This document shows, piece after piece, positions 28,343 to 38,395 of a stretch of DNA of 64,000 nt; position 1 is the stretch's first letter; each line of letters opens with the position of its first letter. Both the position numbers and the translations under genes were made by a program. Under the pieces are notes generated by a model. That model was not told the DNA's origin, ran no database searches, and was given only the letters and a program-made list of their open reading frames with translations. The stretch is from an uncultured Akkermansia sp. (GTDB lineage Bacteria; Verrucomicrobiota; Verrucomicrobiia; Limisphaerales; UBA9464), in assembly GCA_964430505.1 (NCBI GenBank), contig CAYSGH010000017.1, forward strand, positions 659-64,658, in the 5' to 3' direction.

Positions 28343-30823
28343 ATGCGCGGGTCCTACACGACGCGCTGGATGAACCTTGCCTTGTTTCGACAATATCGGA
28401 TGGCCGTGGTGCTGGCGGCATGCTTGCACTGGGCGGCCACGGCCCAGCAGCCGGTCGTGCCGGTGAAGCAGGTGGTGATTGTGCACGTGGGGCCGGCTCC
28501 CGTGTCGGACTCCGTGGTTCGCGCGAACATTCGCGTCAAGGAGGGCGAGGGCTTCTCGCAGGAGGCGATCGACGCGGACATCCAGAACCTGTACCGGACG
28601 GGGTATTTCTCGAACATCCGAGTGGGGCAAGAGCGGGATGCGGTGGGGGTGACGCTGACGTACCGGCTGCAAGGCAAGCCGGTGCTCACGGAGATCCGCT
28701 TCAGCGGCAACAAGAAGTACCGGACAAGCCGGCTGCGGAAGAAGCTGACGTCGAAGGTGGGGGAGCCGTTGGACGAGCTGAAGCTGTTCAATGACTCGCA
28801 GGAAATCCTGAAGACGTACCAGAAGGCAGGCCTGCAGAAGACGGAGGTCCGGGCGGTGCCGAGCGTCAACGAGGAGCTGGGCCGGGGCATCGTGACGTTC
28901 GAGGTCGTGGAGGCTCCGAAGGTACGGATCACGGACGTGTTCTTCGACGGCGCGAAGGACATGAAGCAGCGCAAGCTGCGGCGGGTGGTAAAGACGCGGC
29001 GTTGGTGGATGTTCTCGTGGATCACGGGGTCCGGGAAGCTGAAGGACGACGTGTTCGAGGAGGACAAGGAGCGGCTGCGGGAGTTTTACACGGAGCAGGG
29101 GTACATTGACTTCGAGCTGAAGGACGTGGTGTTCGAGCGGGCGCGCACGAACCGAATGGTGGTGCGGTTCGTGGTGGAGGAGGGGACGCCGTACAAGGTG
29201 GGCGGCGTGAAGTTCGAGGGGAACGAGCTGTTCTCGCGCGAGGAGATCGTCGGCAACCTGCGGAGCCGCGAGGGCGAGAAGGTGACCAGGGGTCTGGTGC
29301 TGAAGGAGGGCGAGAAGTTCACGCCCAAGTCCCTGTCGAAGGACGTCGAGGCCATCACGGACTTCTACGGGGCGCGCGGGTACATTGAGGCGCGGGTGGA
29401 CGCGGAGAAGGTGCCGAACGTCGAGAAGGGGACGTTGGACCTGAACTACAAGCTGCAGGAGGGCTCGAAGTTCTTCGTGGAGAAGATCGAGATCCGCGGC
29501 AACACGCGGACGAAGGACAAGGTGATCCGCCGCGAGCTGGCGATCACGCCGGGCGAGACGTTCGACAACGTGCGGGTGAAGGTGTCGAAGTCGCGCCTGG
29601 AGCAGATGCAGTACTTCGAGAAGGTGGACACGACCAACGAGGACACGGACGTCGAGAACGGCAAGAACCTGGTGATTGGGCTGGAGGAGAAGCGGACGGG
29701 CAACTTCATGGTGGGTGCCGGGTTCAGCTCGATTGACGCGTTGGTGGGCTACGCGGAGATCAGCCAGGGCAACTTCGACCTGTTCAACCCGCCGTCCTTC
29801 ACGGGCGGCGGCCAGAAGGCGCGCCTTCGGGTGCAGGCGGGCACGCGCCGCCAGGACTACGTGGCGACGTTCATCGAGCCCTGGTTTCTCGGGCGTCGCC
29901 TGTCGCTGAGCACGGAGCTGTACCATCGCCAGCTCAACTTCCTCTCGTCCAACTATGACCAGCGCCAGACGGGCGCGCGCGTCGGCCTGACCCGCCAGTT
30001 GCCCTTCAACCTCGTCGGTGGCGTCAACTACACCATCGAAAGCATCGGGATCGACTTCACGGACACGTACACGGCGTCGTTCCCGGACACGCTCCTGCTC
30101 CAAGAGCAAGGCAGCCGGTTGGTGTCCCGTGCAGGGGTGAGCCTGGCGTATGACACGCGCAACTCCGTGCTGCTGCCGTCGCGCGGCCAGCGAATCGAGC
30201 TGGTGCCGGAGCTGGCGGGTGGACCGTTCGGGGGCGACTCCGACTACTACCGCGTGGACCTTCGGGTGTCGCAGTACTGGGGTCCGGCGCAGTTGTTTTC
30301 GGAGACGAGCCTTTGGAAGGATGCGTTGGACGGGCACATCCTGGAGTTGTCCGGGCGGGTGGGCGTCGTGGAGGCGTATGGGGATGGCGACCGGGGGCGG
30401 CGCGACCGGGTGCCGTTGTTTGACCGGTTTTACCTGGGCGGCCTGTTTTCGCAGCGTGGGTTTACGTTTCGGCAGGTGGGCCCGAAGGACCCGGTGTCCG
30501 GGGAGCCCTCGGGCGGCGGCACGTACTGGTTTGGCGGGGCGGAGTACAGCGTCCCCATCATTGAACGTGTACGGCTCGCCGTGTTCTATGACGTGGGCAT
30601 GGTCTATCCGGACGCGTACAGCTTCGAGCCGCAGGACTTCATTGATTCCAACGGGAATCGCCAGACGACGCGGCTGTACAACGACAACTGGGGCTTCGGC
30701 ATCCGGCTGAACTTGCCGATTGGCCCGCTCCGGCTGGACTACGGCATCCCCATTAGCAGCGACACTCGGGTGCGTGGCAGCGGTCGTTTCCAGTTTGGGG
30801 TGGGTTATACACGGGACTTGTGA
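28343..30823 (+). CDS. bamA: Outer membrane protein assembly factor BamA
   Basis: Five POTRA-like repeats (IRFSGNKKY, VFFDGAKDM, VKFEGNELF, IEIRGNTRTKDKVIRREL), then an Omp85 barrel ending in RFQFGVGYTRDL. The start is uncertain; 28343 ATG was chosen and the ORF opens at 28232. Confidence 0.9.
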   Translation: MRGSYTTRWMNLALFRQYRMAVVLAACLHWAATAQQPVVPVKQVVIVHVGPAPVSDSVVRANIRVKEGEGFSQEAIDADIQNLYRTGYFSNIRVGQERDAVGVTLTYRLQGKPVLTEIRFSGNKKYRTSRLRKKLTSKVGEPLDELKLFNDSQEILKTYQKAGLQKTEVRAVPSVNEELGRGIVTFEVVEAPKVRITDVFFDGAKDMKQRKLRRVVKTRRWWMFSWITGSGKLKDDVFEEDKERLREFYTEQGYIDFELKDVVFERARTNRMVVRFVVEEGTPYKVGGVKFEGNELFSREEIVGNLRSREGEKVTRGLVLKEGEKFTPKSLSKDVEAITDFYGARGYIEARVDAEKVPNVEKGTLDLNYKLQEGSKFFVEKIEIRGNTRTKDKVIRRELAITPGETFDNVRVKVSKSRLEQMQYFEKVDTTNEDTDVENGKNLVIGLEEKRTGNFMVGAGFSSIDALVGYAEISQGNFDLFNPPSFTGGGQKARLRVQAGTRRQDYVATFIEPWFLGRRLSLSTELYHRQLNFLSSNYDQRQTGARVGLTRQLPFNLVGGVNYTIESIGIDFTDTYTASFPDTLLLQEQGSRLVSRAGVSLAYDTRNSVLLPSRGQRIELVPELAGGPFGGDSDYYRVDLRVSQYWGPAQLFSETSLWKDALDGHILELSGRVGVVEAYGDGDRGRRDRVPLFDRFYLGGLFSQRGFTFRQVGPKDPVSGEPSGGGTYWFGGAEYSVPIIERVRLAVFYDVGMVYPDAYSFEPQDFIDSNGNRQTTRLYNDNWGFGIRLNLPIGPLRLDYGIPISSDTRVRGSGRFQFGVGYTRDL

Positions 30824-30850
30824 TTGGAACTGCAGCAACAGAAGAGACGC

Positions 30851-31480
30851 ATGAAATCAATCGGAATGAAGCGGTGGGCAGCGTGGTTCGTGGCAGCAAT
30901 CTTGGCCGCCTCCGCGCACGCCCAGACGAAGACAGCCGTCGTGGACCTGCAAAAGGTGTTTGATGGCTACTGGCGCACCAAGCAGGCGGACACCCAGCTC
31001 AAGGAGCGGGCCAACGACCTCGAGAAGGCGCGAACGGGCATGGTCGATGACTACAAGAAGGCCAACGAGGAGTTCAAGAAGGTGCTCGACAGCATCAACG
31101 ATCCCTCGGCCTCCAACGACGAGAAGGACAAGCGCAAGCAGGACGCCGAAAAGCGCCGCGTGGACATCGCCGGCATCGAGCAAAACATCCGGACGTTCGA
31201 CGAGAACTCCCGCAAGTCGATCCTCGACCAGCAGAAGCGCATGCGCGACTCCGTGCTCCGGGACATCCGGGGCGTCGTCGAGGAAAAGGCCAAGTCCGGC
31301 GGCTACCAGACCGTCCTCGACACGGCCGCCCTCTCGCTGAACCAGACCCCCGTGGTGGTGTACACCAGCCTCGTAGGATCCAGCGACGACCTCTCCGACA
31401 CCGTTTTGAAGGCGCTCAATGCGAACGCCCCGGCCGACAACGGCAAGAAGGACGAGGAGAAGAAGCCTGCCAGCCCGTAA
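30851..31480 (+). CDS. OmpH/Skp-family periplasmic chaperone
   Basis: ATG at 30851 gives MKSIGMKRWAAWFVAAILAASAHAQ (signal peptide). VVDLQKVF plus a long K/E/D/Q-rich coiled-coil follow. Sits directly after bamA. Confidence 0.85.
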   Translation: MKSIGMKRWAAWFVAAILAASAHAQTKTAVVDLQKVFDGYWRTKQADTQLKERANDLEKARTGMVDDYKKANEEFKKVLDSINDPSASNDEKDKRKQDAEKRRVDIAGIEQNIRTFDENSRKSILDQQKRMRDSVLRDIRGVVEEKAKSGGYQTVLDTAALSLNQTPVVVYTSLVGSSDDLSDTVLKALNANAPADNGKKDEEKKPASP

Positions 31481-31545
31481 TCCCCGTTCGCGTTCCATCC
31501 AGGCATCGCCTGCGCCACGTCGTGGGCCTGCCCCCATCCTCCCAG

Positions 31546-31579
31546 CCGGGCGCGGTCCTTCCGCGCCCGGCGTCTTTTC
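31546..31579 (+). terminator. Rho-independent terminator after skp
   Basis: CCGGGCGCGG-tcctt-CCGCGCCCGG (10-bp stem) followed by CGTCTTTTCA. Lies just upstream of the ispD ATG (31586). Confidence 0.6.
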
Positions 31580-31585
31580 AAGGAC

Positions 31586-32314
31586 ATGACCGCCGCCGTC
31601 ATCGTGGCAGCCGGCCGTGGCACCCGCATGGGTCCCGGCATGGACAAGCTCTTCATCGAGGTTCTCGGGCGCCCTGTTGTCGCCCATGCCTGGGCTCGCA
31701 TGGACGCCGCGCCGGACATTGATTCCGTCGTCTTGGTCGTGCGTGCCGGGATGGAGGCCGAGTTCGAGCGCCTCGCGTCCGAGCACGTGCGGCCCTCCAA
31801 GCCATGGCGCCTCGCCCCGGGCGGCGCCGAGCGCCAAGACTCGGTCTGGAGCGGGCTCGCAGCCGTGGCCCCGGGGGCCGAATGGGTCGCCATCCATGAC
31901 GGTGCACGCCCCTGCACGCACCCGCAGGTTGTCTCGGATACGTTGGCGGCCGCCCGTGCGACTGGCGCGGCCGTGGCGGCGTGTCGGGTGACGGACACGA
32001 TCAAGGAGTCCGATGGCGCGGGCTTTGTGGCCCGTCACCTGGACCGGTCCCGTCTCTGGGCGGTGCAAACGCCCCAGTGTTTCCGGGTTGAGGTCTTCCG
32101 GCGCGCCCTGGCGGAAGTGCGGCGCCGGGGCTTGTCCGTGACGGACGACACGGCCGCGTGCGAGGTCATTGGGCAGGCGGTGGCATTGGTGGAGGACCGA
32201 TGGCCGAATCCCAAGGTGACGGTCCCGGCGGACGTGCCCTTCGTGGAGTTGATGTTGGGGCGGATGGGTGCAGGCACGGGTGCGGGGCGCGGTTCCGTTG
32301 GAGAAAGGCCTTGA
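31586..32314 (+). CDS. ispD: 2-C-methyl-D-erythritol 4-phosphate cytidylyltransferase
   Basis: MTAAVIVAAGRGTRMG..DKLF is the IspD N-terminal signature. DTIKE and WAVQTPQCFR motifs are present. Confidence 0.9.
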   Translation: MTAAVIVAAGRGTRMGPGMDKLFIEVLGRPVVAHAWARMDAAPDIDSVVLVVRAGMEAEFERLASEHVRPSKPWRLAPGGAERQDSVWSGLAAVAPGAEWVAIHDGARPCTHPQVVSDTLAAARATGAAVAACRVTDTIKESDGAGFVARHLDRSRLWAVQTPQCFRVEVFRRALAEVRRRGLSVTDDTAACEVIGQAVALVEDRWPNPKVTVPADVPFVELMLGRMGAGTGAGRGSVGERP

Positions 32315-32348
32315 GCGCGTCGATGGCCCGGCCTGACCCTCTGCCGCA

Positions 32349-33803
32349 ATGCACGTGCTGCTGGCAGCCAGCGAGCTGCATCCGTACTCGAAGACGGGGG
32401 GGTTGGCCGACGCCGTGGGGTCGTTGGGTCGCGCCCTCGCGCTCGCGGGCGTGCGGGTGACGGTGGTCACGCCCCTGTATCGAGGCCTAGCCGAGCGGGT
32501 GGGGCCGGCCGTGGGGTCGCCGTGGCGGTTCGACATTGGCGTGGGCAAGGAACTGGTTCCCGGGGAGTTCGTGCGCGTGACGGAGCCCTCCGGGATGGAG
32601 GTTTGGTTCGTTCGCCATGACGCGTACTTCGACCGGTCCGGGCTCTACAACGAGGGGCAGAGCGACTATGCGGACAATGCCGCACGGTTCCTGTTCCTGG
32701 CGCGCGCGGCGCTCTTGGCGGCGCGTCATGCGGCAGTTCCCGTGGACGTGGTGCACGCCCATGACTGGCAGGTGGGGTTGCTGCCGCTGATGGTGCACCA
32801 CGCCCGCATCACCGGGGCGTGGCCCCGCGCGCCACGCACGTTGTTCACCATCCACAACCTGGCGTACCAAGGCGGGTTTGCGGCGGACGCATGGACCCTG
32901 ACGGGGCTGCCCTGGAGCTGGTTCCACCTTGAAAGCGCGGCGCATGGCGGCGGCGTCAACTTCCTCAAGACGGGCCTCTGCCTGGCGGACGCGCTGAGCA
33001 CGGTGAGCCCCCGCTATGCGCGCGAGATTTGCACGCCGGAGTTCGGATGCGGGCTCGATGGCGTGCTCCGCCGCCGCGAGCACGACCTGTGCGGCATCCT
33101 GAACGGCGTGGACTATGACGAGTGGAACACGACGCGGAACCCGGCGCTGCCCCACCCCTATCACGCCGATGACCTATCCGGGAAGGCAATGTGCAAGGCG
33201 GCCCTGCAAGGGGAGATGGGGCTTGCGGTGGACCCGGGCGTGCCCTTGTTCGGCAACATCAGCCGCCTCACGGACCAGAAGGGATGCGACCTGCTGGCGG
33301 CCGCGCTGGAGGGGTTGCTGCCCCGGGAACCGCTCCAGTTTGTCCTCCTGGGCAGCGGCGACCCGGCGCTGGAGGCCACGTTCCGGTCCTTGGCCACGCG
33401 CTTTCCGGGCCGCGTCGCCGCGAGGATCGGGTTCAACCCGGCGCTGGCCCATCGCATCGAGGCCGCGAGCGACTTCTACGTCATGCCGTCGCGCTTCGAG
33501 CCGTGCGGGCTCAACCAGTTGTATTCGCTCCGCTACGGCGCGATCCCGGTCGTGCGCGCGACGGGCGGATTGTCGGACTCGGTGGTGGACGCGCGCGATG
33601 ACGCGGCGGCTGCCACGGGCATCCACTTCCGCGAGGCGAGCGCGGCCGCGTTGGAATGGGCGATGCGCAAGGCGCTGGCGTTGCATGCCATCCCCCAGGC
33701 CGTGGCGCACTATCGGTCGAACGGCATGAGCCGAGACTTCTCTTGGCAAACCCAGGCGCGCGAGTACGTGCGTCTCTACGGCGAGATCCTTCACGGCCCA
33801 TGA
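32349..33803 (+). CDS. glgA: Glycogen synthase (ADP-glucose type)
   Basis: N-terminus MHVLLAASELHPYSKTGGLADAVGSL (KTGGL motif). Also HDWQ, and the C-terminal PSRFEPCGLNQLYSLRYG. Confidence 0.92.
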   Translation: MHVLLAASELHPYSKTGGLADAVGSLGRALALAGVRVTVVTPLYRGLAERVGPAVGSPWRFDIGVGKELVPGEFVRVTEPSGMEVWFVRHDAYFDRSGLYNEGQSDYADNAARFLFLARAALLAARHAAVPVDVVHAHDWQVGLLPLMVHHARITGAWPRAPRTLFTIHNLAYQGGFAADAWTLTGLPWSWFHLESAAHGGGVNFLKTGLCLADALSTVSPRYAREICTPEFGCGLDGVLRRREHDLCGILNGVDYDEWNTTRNPALPHPYHADDLSGKAMCKAALQGEMGLAVDPGVPLFGNISRLTDQKGCDLLAAALEGLLPREPLQFVLLGSGDPALEATFRSLATRFPGRVAARIGFNPALAHRIEAASDFYVMPSRFEPCGLNQLYSLRYGAIPVVRATGGLSDSVVDARDDAAAATGIHFREASAAALEWAMRKALALHAIPQAVAHYRSNGMSRDFSWQTQAREYVRLYGEILHGP

Positions 33804-34567
33804 ACGAGACGCTGGTGGTCAACGAGGTCTATCTCAGCCTGCAGGGCGAAAGCACGTTTGCAGGGCTGCCCTGCATCTTCGTCCGTTTGACCGCATGCAA
33901 CCTGCGGTGCTCGTACTGCGACACGGCCTACGCCTTCACCGAGGGCCACCGGATGGCCGTCGCCGACGTCCATGCGGAGGTCCGACGCCTCGCGGCGGGG
34001 ATGGATGCGGGCGGCAAGGCGAGGGTCGTGGCCATGCCCGGGGTGGAAGGCGGGCACCGGCTGCCATTGGTCGAGTTCACCGGCGGCGAACCCTTGCTCC
34101 AACCCCGCGCGGTGGCCCTCATGGCCGCCCTGTGCGACGACGCCTTCACCGTGCTCGTCGAGACGTCGGGAGCCCATGACATCGGGGTGCTCGACCCGCG
34201 CGTGCGGCGCATCATGGACTTGAAGTGCCCGTCGTCGGGCGAGGACGGGCGGAATCGCTGGGCCAACGTCCCGCTGCTGAGGGCGACGGACGAGGTGAAG
34301 TTCGTGGTGGGCACGTGGGAGGACTACGCGTGGATGAAGGCGGTTCTCGAACGCGAGGCGTTGGCGTCGCGGTGCCCCGTCTTGGTTTCATGGGTGGCCC
34401 CCCTGACGGACGCGCAGCGGGATCCGTCGCTCAAGCGTGTGCCGTCCGGCCATCGGCCGCTGTCGCGTCGGGAGCTGGCCGACCAGATCATCGCGGACGG
34501 ATTGCCGGTGCGGTTCCAGTTGCAGATGCACAAGTTCGTATGGCCCGTGGACGCGAGGGGCGTGTGA
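33800..34567 (+). CDS. queE: 7-carboxy-7-deazaguanine synthase (radical SAM)
   Basis: ATG at 33800 overlaps the glgA stop (ATGA). EVYLSLQGESTFAGLPCIFVRLTACNLRCSYCDT contains the CxxxCxxC radical-SAM cluster in the QueE context. Confidence 0.88.
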   Translation: MNETLVVNEVYLSLQGESTFAGLPCIFVRLTACNLRCSYCDTAYAFTEGHRMAVADVHAEVRRLAAGMDAGGKARVVAMPGVEGGHRLPLVEFTGGEPLLQPRAVALMAALCDDAFTVLVETSGAHDIGVLDPRVRRIMDLKCPSSGEDGRNRWANVPLLRATDEVKFVVGTWEDYAWMKAVLEREALASRCPVLVSWVAPLTDAQRDPSLKRVPSGHRPLSRRELADQIIADGLPVRFQLQMHKFVWPVDARGV

Positions 34568-35880
34568 TGCACGGTGCCTTGTCACGCGAGACGCTGGAGC
34601 GCATCCGGCGGTTTGAGTCGCCCAACGTCACCCACCTGGACGAGCGCGAGGCCTGGCCTGTCGTGTGGGAACGGGCACGCGGTTGCGATGTGTGGGACGT
34701 CGAGGGACGGCGTTTCCTGGACCTGACCGCTGCGTTCGGGGTGGCGGCGGCGGGCCATGCCAACCCGCGCGTGGTGGCCGCCGGGCGTCGCCAGATGGGT
34801 CGCTTGCTGCACGGGATGGGCGACGTGCACCCGCATGCCGCGAAGGGGTTGCTCCTCGAAATGCTGAGCGCCCGTACGTTTGGCCGATGGAAGCCGGGGC
34901 TGGAAGGGCGTGCGATCCTGGCGTGCACGGGGTCGGACGCCGTGGAGGCGGCGCTGAAGACGGCCATGTTGGCGACGGGGCGCCGGGGCGTGGTGGCCTT
35001 CGAGGGCGCCTATCATGGGACGGGCTACGGCGCCTTGAACGCGACCCATCGCGAGCATTTCCGGCGGCGGTTCGAGGCGCAGTTGGGAGGGTTCGTGGGA
35101 TTTGTCGAGGGCGGGCGGATGGACGCGTTGGATCCCATGGCGTTGATGGGACTGCTCGATTCCGTTGAGCGGCGCGTGGGCGCGGCGGGGGCGGTTTTGG
35201 TGGAGCCGGCGCAGGCGCGGGGCGGCATCCGTATCCCGCGCCCGGGATTCCTGAAGGCCCTGAGGGAATGGTGCGACCGACGCGGTGCCTTGCTGGTGTT
35301 GGACGAGATTTACACGGGGTTTGGGAGGACGGGCCGTTGGTTTGCGTGCGAGGCCGACGGGGTGATCCCGGACTTGGTTTGCGTGGGCAAGGCGTTGAGC
35401 GGGGGCTTCCCGATCGCGGCGTGCGTGGGACGTGCCGACGTGATGGAGGCGGCGTGGCCCAGGTCGGAGGGCGAGGCGATTCACACGAGCACGTTCTTGG
35501 GGCATCCGGTGGGGTGCGCGATGGCGTTGGCGCAGGAGAGGGAGATGGAGGAGCGGGGCTTGGTCGAGCGCGCGGCGGCGGAGGGCGCGTGGCTTCGCGG
35601 CCGATTGGAAGCCATGGCCGGGATGCATGGCGCCCATGAGTGGCGGGCGCTGGGCGTGGGGTTGATGGCCGGGATCGAGGTGCGGACGCGGGACGGCGCG
35701 CCGGCCGGCGGCGTGGTGGTGCGTGCGATGCAACGGTTGGCACGGGAGGGAATCCTTGTGCTGCCGGAGGGCGCCGATGGCGAGGTCCTCAGCCTGACGC
35801 CGCCGTTGACCATTCCGCGCGTGCGCCTTGCCCGGGCCTTGGAACGCATTCGCACGGCCTTGGAGGAGGCAGGCTCATGA
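34567..35880 (+). CDS. Class-III (omega) pyridoxal-phosphate aminotransferase
   Basis: ATG at 34567 overlaps the last base of the queE stop. Contains DVEGRRFLDLTAAFGVAAAGH, the PLP-lysine region LVLDEIYTGFGRTGRWFA...DLVCVGKALSGG, and HTSTFLGHP. Confidence 0.85.
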   Translation: MHGALSRETLERIRRFESPNVTHLDEREAWPVVWERARGCDVWDVEGRRFLDLTAAFGVAAAGHANPRVVAAGRRQMGRLLHGMGDVHPHAAKGLLLEMLSARTFGRWKPGLEGRAILACTGSDAVEAALKTAMLATGRRGVVAFEGAYHGTGYGALNATHREHFRRRFEAQLGGFVGFVEGGRMDALDPMALMGLLDSVERRVGAAGAVLVEPAQARGGIRIPRPGFLKALREWCDRRGALLVLDEIYTGFGRTGRWFACEADGVIPDLVCVGKALSGGFPIAACVGRADVMEAAWPRSEGEAIHTSTFLGHPVGCAMALAQEREMEERGLVERAAAEGAWLRGRLEAMAGMHGAHEWRALGVGLMAGIEVRTRDGAPAGGVVVRAMQRLAREGILVLPEGADGEVLSLTPPLTIPRVRLARALERIRTALEEAGS

Positions 35881-36716
35881 CGTTGACGGAGATGCGCCGA
35901 ATCCTGGACGGACGCGGATGGCAACTGACGCGAAGCCTTGGTCAGAACTTCCTTCATGATGCCAACCAGGTGCGCCGGATCGTGGCGGCTGCGGGTCTGC
36001 TGCCGGGCGACCGCGTGCTGGAAATCGGGCCCGGACTGGGGCCCTTGACGGAGGCCCTGGTGGAGGCGTCGGGCCGGGTGCTGGCCGTCGAGAAGGACGC
36101 GCGGATGGTGGAGGCGTTGCGAGAGCGGATGGCGGGTGCGCTCGCCGACGGCCGGTTGGAGGTGGTGCACGCCGACGCCCTGCAGTGGTTGCGCGCGGGC
36201 TCGTGGCAGGGCGATGGATGGAAGGTTGCCTCCAACCTGCCGTACTCCGTGGGCTCGCCCATCTTGGTCGAGCTGGCGCTGGCAGCGCGCGGGCCCAGCC
36301 GGATGGTGGTGACGTTGCAGGAGGAGGTCATCGACCGCCTCGCGGCGCGCGCCGGGACGGAGGACTACGGCGTGCTGACGTTGCTGGTGGGACTCCGCTT
36401 CCGCGTCCAGGACGCCTTTCGGATTCCCCGCGACTGCTTCTTCCCGGCGCCCGACGTCGAGTCGGCGTGCGCGGTGCTGGCCCGACGCGATGCCACGGGG
36501 TTGGAGGAAGGGGCCGTGGACGCCTACGTGCGCCTGGTGAAGACGGGGTTTGGTCAACGCCGCAAGATGCTGGCGAAGCTGGCCGGCGCGGTCTGGGGAC
36601 GCGGCCCGGTGGAGGAGGCGATGCGTGCGGCGGGCGTGGGCGTGAACGACCGCGCGGAGGTGGTCACCCGCGAGCAATTCGTGGCCATGGCCGCGCGGTT
36701 GGCCCGGGCGGGATGA
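35877..36716 (+). CDS. rsmA: 16S rRNA (adenine1518/1519-N6)-dimethyltransferase
   Basis: ATG at 35877 overlaps the upstream stop (ATGA). SLGQNFLHD, the SAM motif VLEIGPGLGPLT, NLPY and FGQRRK are all present. Confidence 0.92.
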   Translation: MTLTEMRRILDGRGWQLTRSLGQNFLHDANQVRRIVAAAGLLPGDRVLEIGPGLGPLTEALVEASGRVLAVEKDARMVEALRERMAGALADGRLEVVHADALQWLRAGSWQGDGWKVASNLPYSVGSPILVELALAARGPSRMVVTLQEEVIDRLAARAGTEDYGVLTLLVGLRFRVQDAFRIPRDCFFPAPDVESACAVLARRDATGLEEGAVDAYVRLVKTGFGQRRKMLAKLAGAVWGRGPVEEAMRAAGVGVNDRAEVVTREQFVAMAARLARAG

Positions 36717-37735
36717 CGCGGACCCTGGCCAGGGCAGGAGACGTTGTCTTCGGCTGCGTCTTTTTCGCCGTGGGCATGACGCTCGTCGTCATCCTGGGGT
36801 CGGCCGCCCTTGAGGTCGCACGGCTTCGTCTGCGTCCCCCCATCGTGCATCGGGTCGTCCGAACGGACATCGTCCCGGCGGACTTGGGCCGACCCGGGTT
36901 TGACCTCGTGATCCGCTTCCAGGCACCGGGTCGCGAGGAGGTCGAGCGAGCCGAGTTGCATGGAACGGATTACCGGGACCTTGCACGGGTCCAGCGAACG
37001 CTTCCTGCCGGAGCGCCGTTGATCGGGCGTCGGTGGCCTCCGGATGCGCCCGCGCGACTGGATGTTTGCGAGGGCGGATGGGGGCGGCTGGTCCTGTTCC
37101 CGGCCTTCATGTTGATCCCAGCGACCTTTGCCTGCATTGGGTCGGCGGTGGCCTGGGGTGGCATGATGGGCAGGAAACGGAATGGCGGCAGGACTGGCGA
37201 GTCGCCCCGATGGACCCTGTTGGCGGGAGGGGAGGTCTTCCTGCTGGTGGGCCTTGCCGTGGTGGCCGCGATGCTTGTGGTCCCGACGTGGCATTGGGTG
37301 CGCTCGCGGTCATGGGCTCCGGCCACGGCGACGGTCGAGATGTCGCGCTCGATCATCACTCGCGCGTCCAAGGGCGGACGGAGCCATCATCCGGCGGTCC
37401 TCTATCGCTACGAGTGGGACGGCCGCGTCCACGAGTCGTCGCGGATCTCGGCGGGGGCCGGAAGGGGAGGCGAAGCATGGACGACGATGTTTGTGGGAAG
37501 CCATCCCGTGGGCTCAGCCACGACGTGCTGGGTGAACCCCAGCGATCCGACCGAGGCGGTGCTGGAGCGCTCGTTGTCCTGGTGGATGGTGCTCGGCGTG
37601 CCGTTCTGCGTATTTCCGGTGCTTGGGGTGACGCTGTGGCGAGCCGGATGGAAGGGGACGATGCATCCAAGAACCCGGCATGCGCCCGGCCGTGCATCCC
37701 GGGAGGAATCCAGCCCCTTGCCCGAGTCGGGGTGA
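36713..37735 (+). CDS. Membrane protein with two DUF3592-like modules
   Basis: ATG at 36713 overlaps the rsmA stop (ATGA). The architecture is TM helix, beta module, TM helix, repeated twice. The second module (ATATVEMSRSIITRASKGGRSHHPAVLYRYEWDGRVHESSRIS...CWVNPSDPTEAVLER) fits DUF3592 as I remember it. Confidence 0.6.
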   Translation: MTRTLARAGDVVFGCVFFAVGMTLVVILGSAALEVARLRLRPPIVHRVVRTDIVPADLGRPGFDLVIRFQAPGREEVERAELHGTDYRDLARVQRTLPAGAPLIGRRWPPDAPARLDVCEGGWGRLVLFPAFMLIPATFACIGSAVAWGGMMGRKRNGGRTGESPRWTLLAGGEVFLLVGLAVVAAMLVVPTWHWVRSRSWAPATATVEMSRSIITRASKGGRSHHPAVLYRYEWDGRVHESSRISAGAGRGGEAWTTMFVGSHPVGSATTCWVNPSDPTEAVLERSLSWWMVLGVPFCVFPVLGVTLWRAGWKGTMHPRTRHAPGRASREESSPLPESG

Positions 37736-37821
37736 CACGGAACCGGCGGAAACCGTGCCGCTTGCACCCCAAGCGGCCGCAACATTGGATGGATGTCCAT
37801 ATGCTGCCACGCGGAAACGAA

Positions 37822-37849
37822 ACGGGGCGGGTATGAGATCCCGCCCCGT
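37822..37849 (-). terminator. Hairpin terminator between convergent genes (after the glutaredoxin-like gene)
   Basis: ACGGGGCGGG-tatgagat-CCCGCCCCGT is a 10-bp stem. On the minus strand it is followed by TTCGTTTCC. Confidence 0.45.
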
Positions 37850-37871
37850 GGCGATCGAATGGGTTGGTGTC

Positions 37872-38222
37872 TCAGCGTTTGAAGGCCATGGGCGAGCCCT
37901 GCGCCTGGGGCAGTTCATGGGCGCAGGGTTGGTTGGTGGGCGCGTCGGCGGCGCGGTCAGTGGGTTGGACCACGCCATTCTGGAGCATCCAAGCCTCCAC
38001 CTCGTCGCCGCTGACGTCGGCAAGGATCCGGCCGTTGATCTCGACGCAGGGCTGACGGGTTTGGCCTGTCTTCTCGACCATCTCCTGGAAGCATTCCGGG
38101 CGGTTGATGATGTCGCGTTCCTCGAAGGGGAGGTCGTGCTTCTTGAACACCGCGCGGACGCCCGCGCTCCATCCGCACCATGGCTTGAGCCATGCCACAA
38201 TCCTGGGTTTTTCCATAGCCAT
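37872..38222 (-). CDS. Glutaredoxin-family protein (monothiol CGWS site)
   Basis: The track ORF is over-extended. ATG at comp. 38220-38222 gives MAMEKPRIVAWLKPWCGWSAGVRAVFKKHDLPFEERDI..QPCVEINGRILAD, a thioredoxin-fold Grx layout. It carries a C-terminal extension of about 35 aa. Confidence 0.7.
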   Translation of the reverse strand: MAMEKPRIVAWLKPWCGWSAGVRAVFKKHDLPFEERDIINRPECFQEMVEKTGQTRQPCVEINGRILADVSGDEVEAWMLQNGVVQPTDRAADAPTNQPCAHELPQAQGSPMAFKR

Positions 38223-38395
38223 CTTCGGGCGGCAGCATGTCGAAGGATGGGTGAAGTGCAACGTTGGATCCTGGGGAAGGTCGTTTGGCATCCGCTCGTG
38301 AGGCTGGGGAACGTGCTCGGTTTGCGGCGGCTGATGGACGGGGGCTTCCGGCTTGAAGGGCATGGCTCGCCAAGAAATGGCGGCGGCGATAGCCT

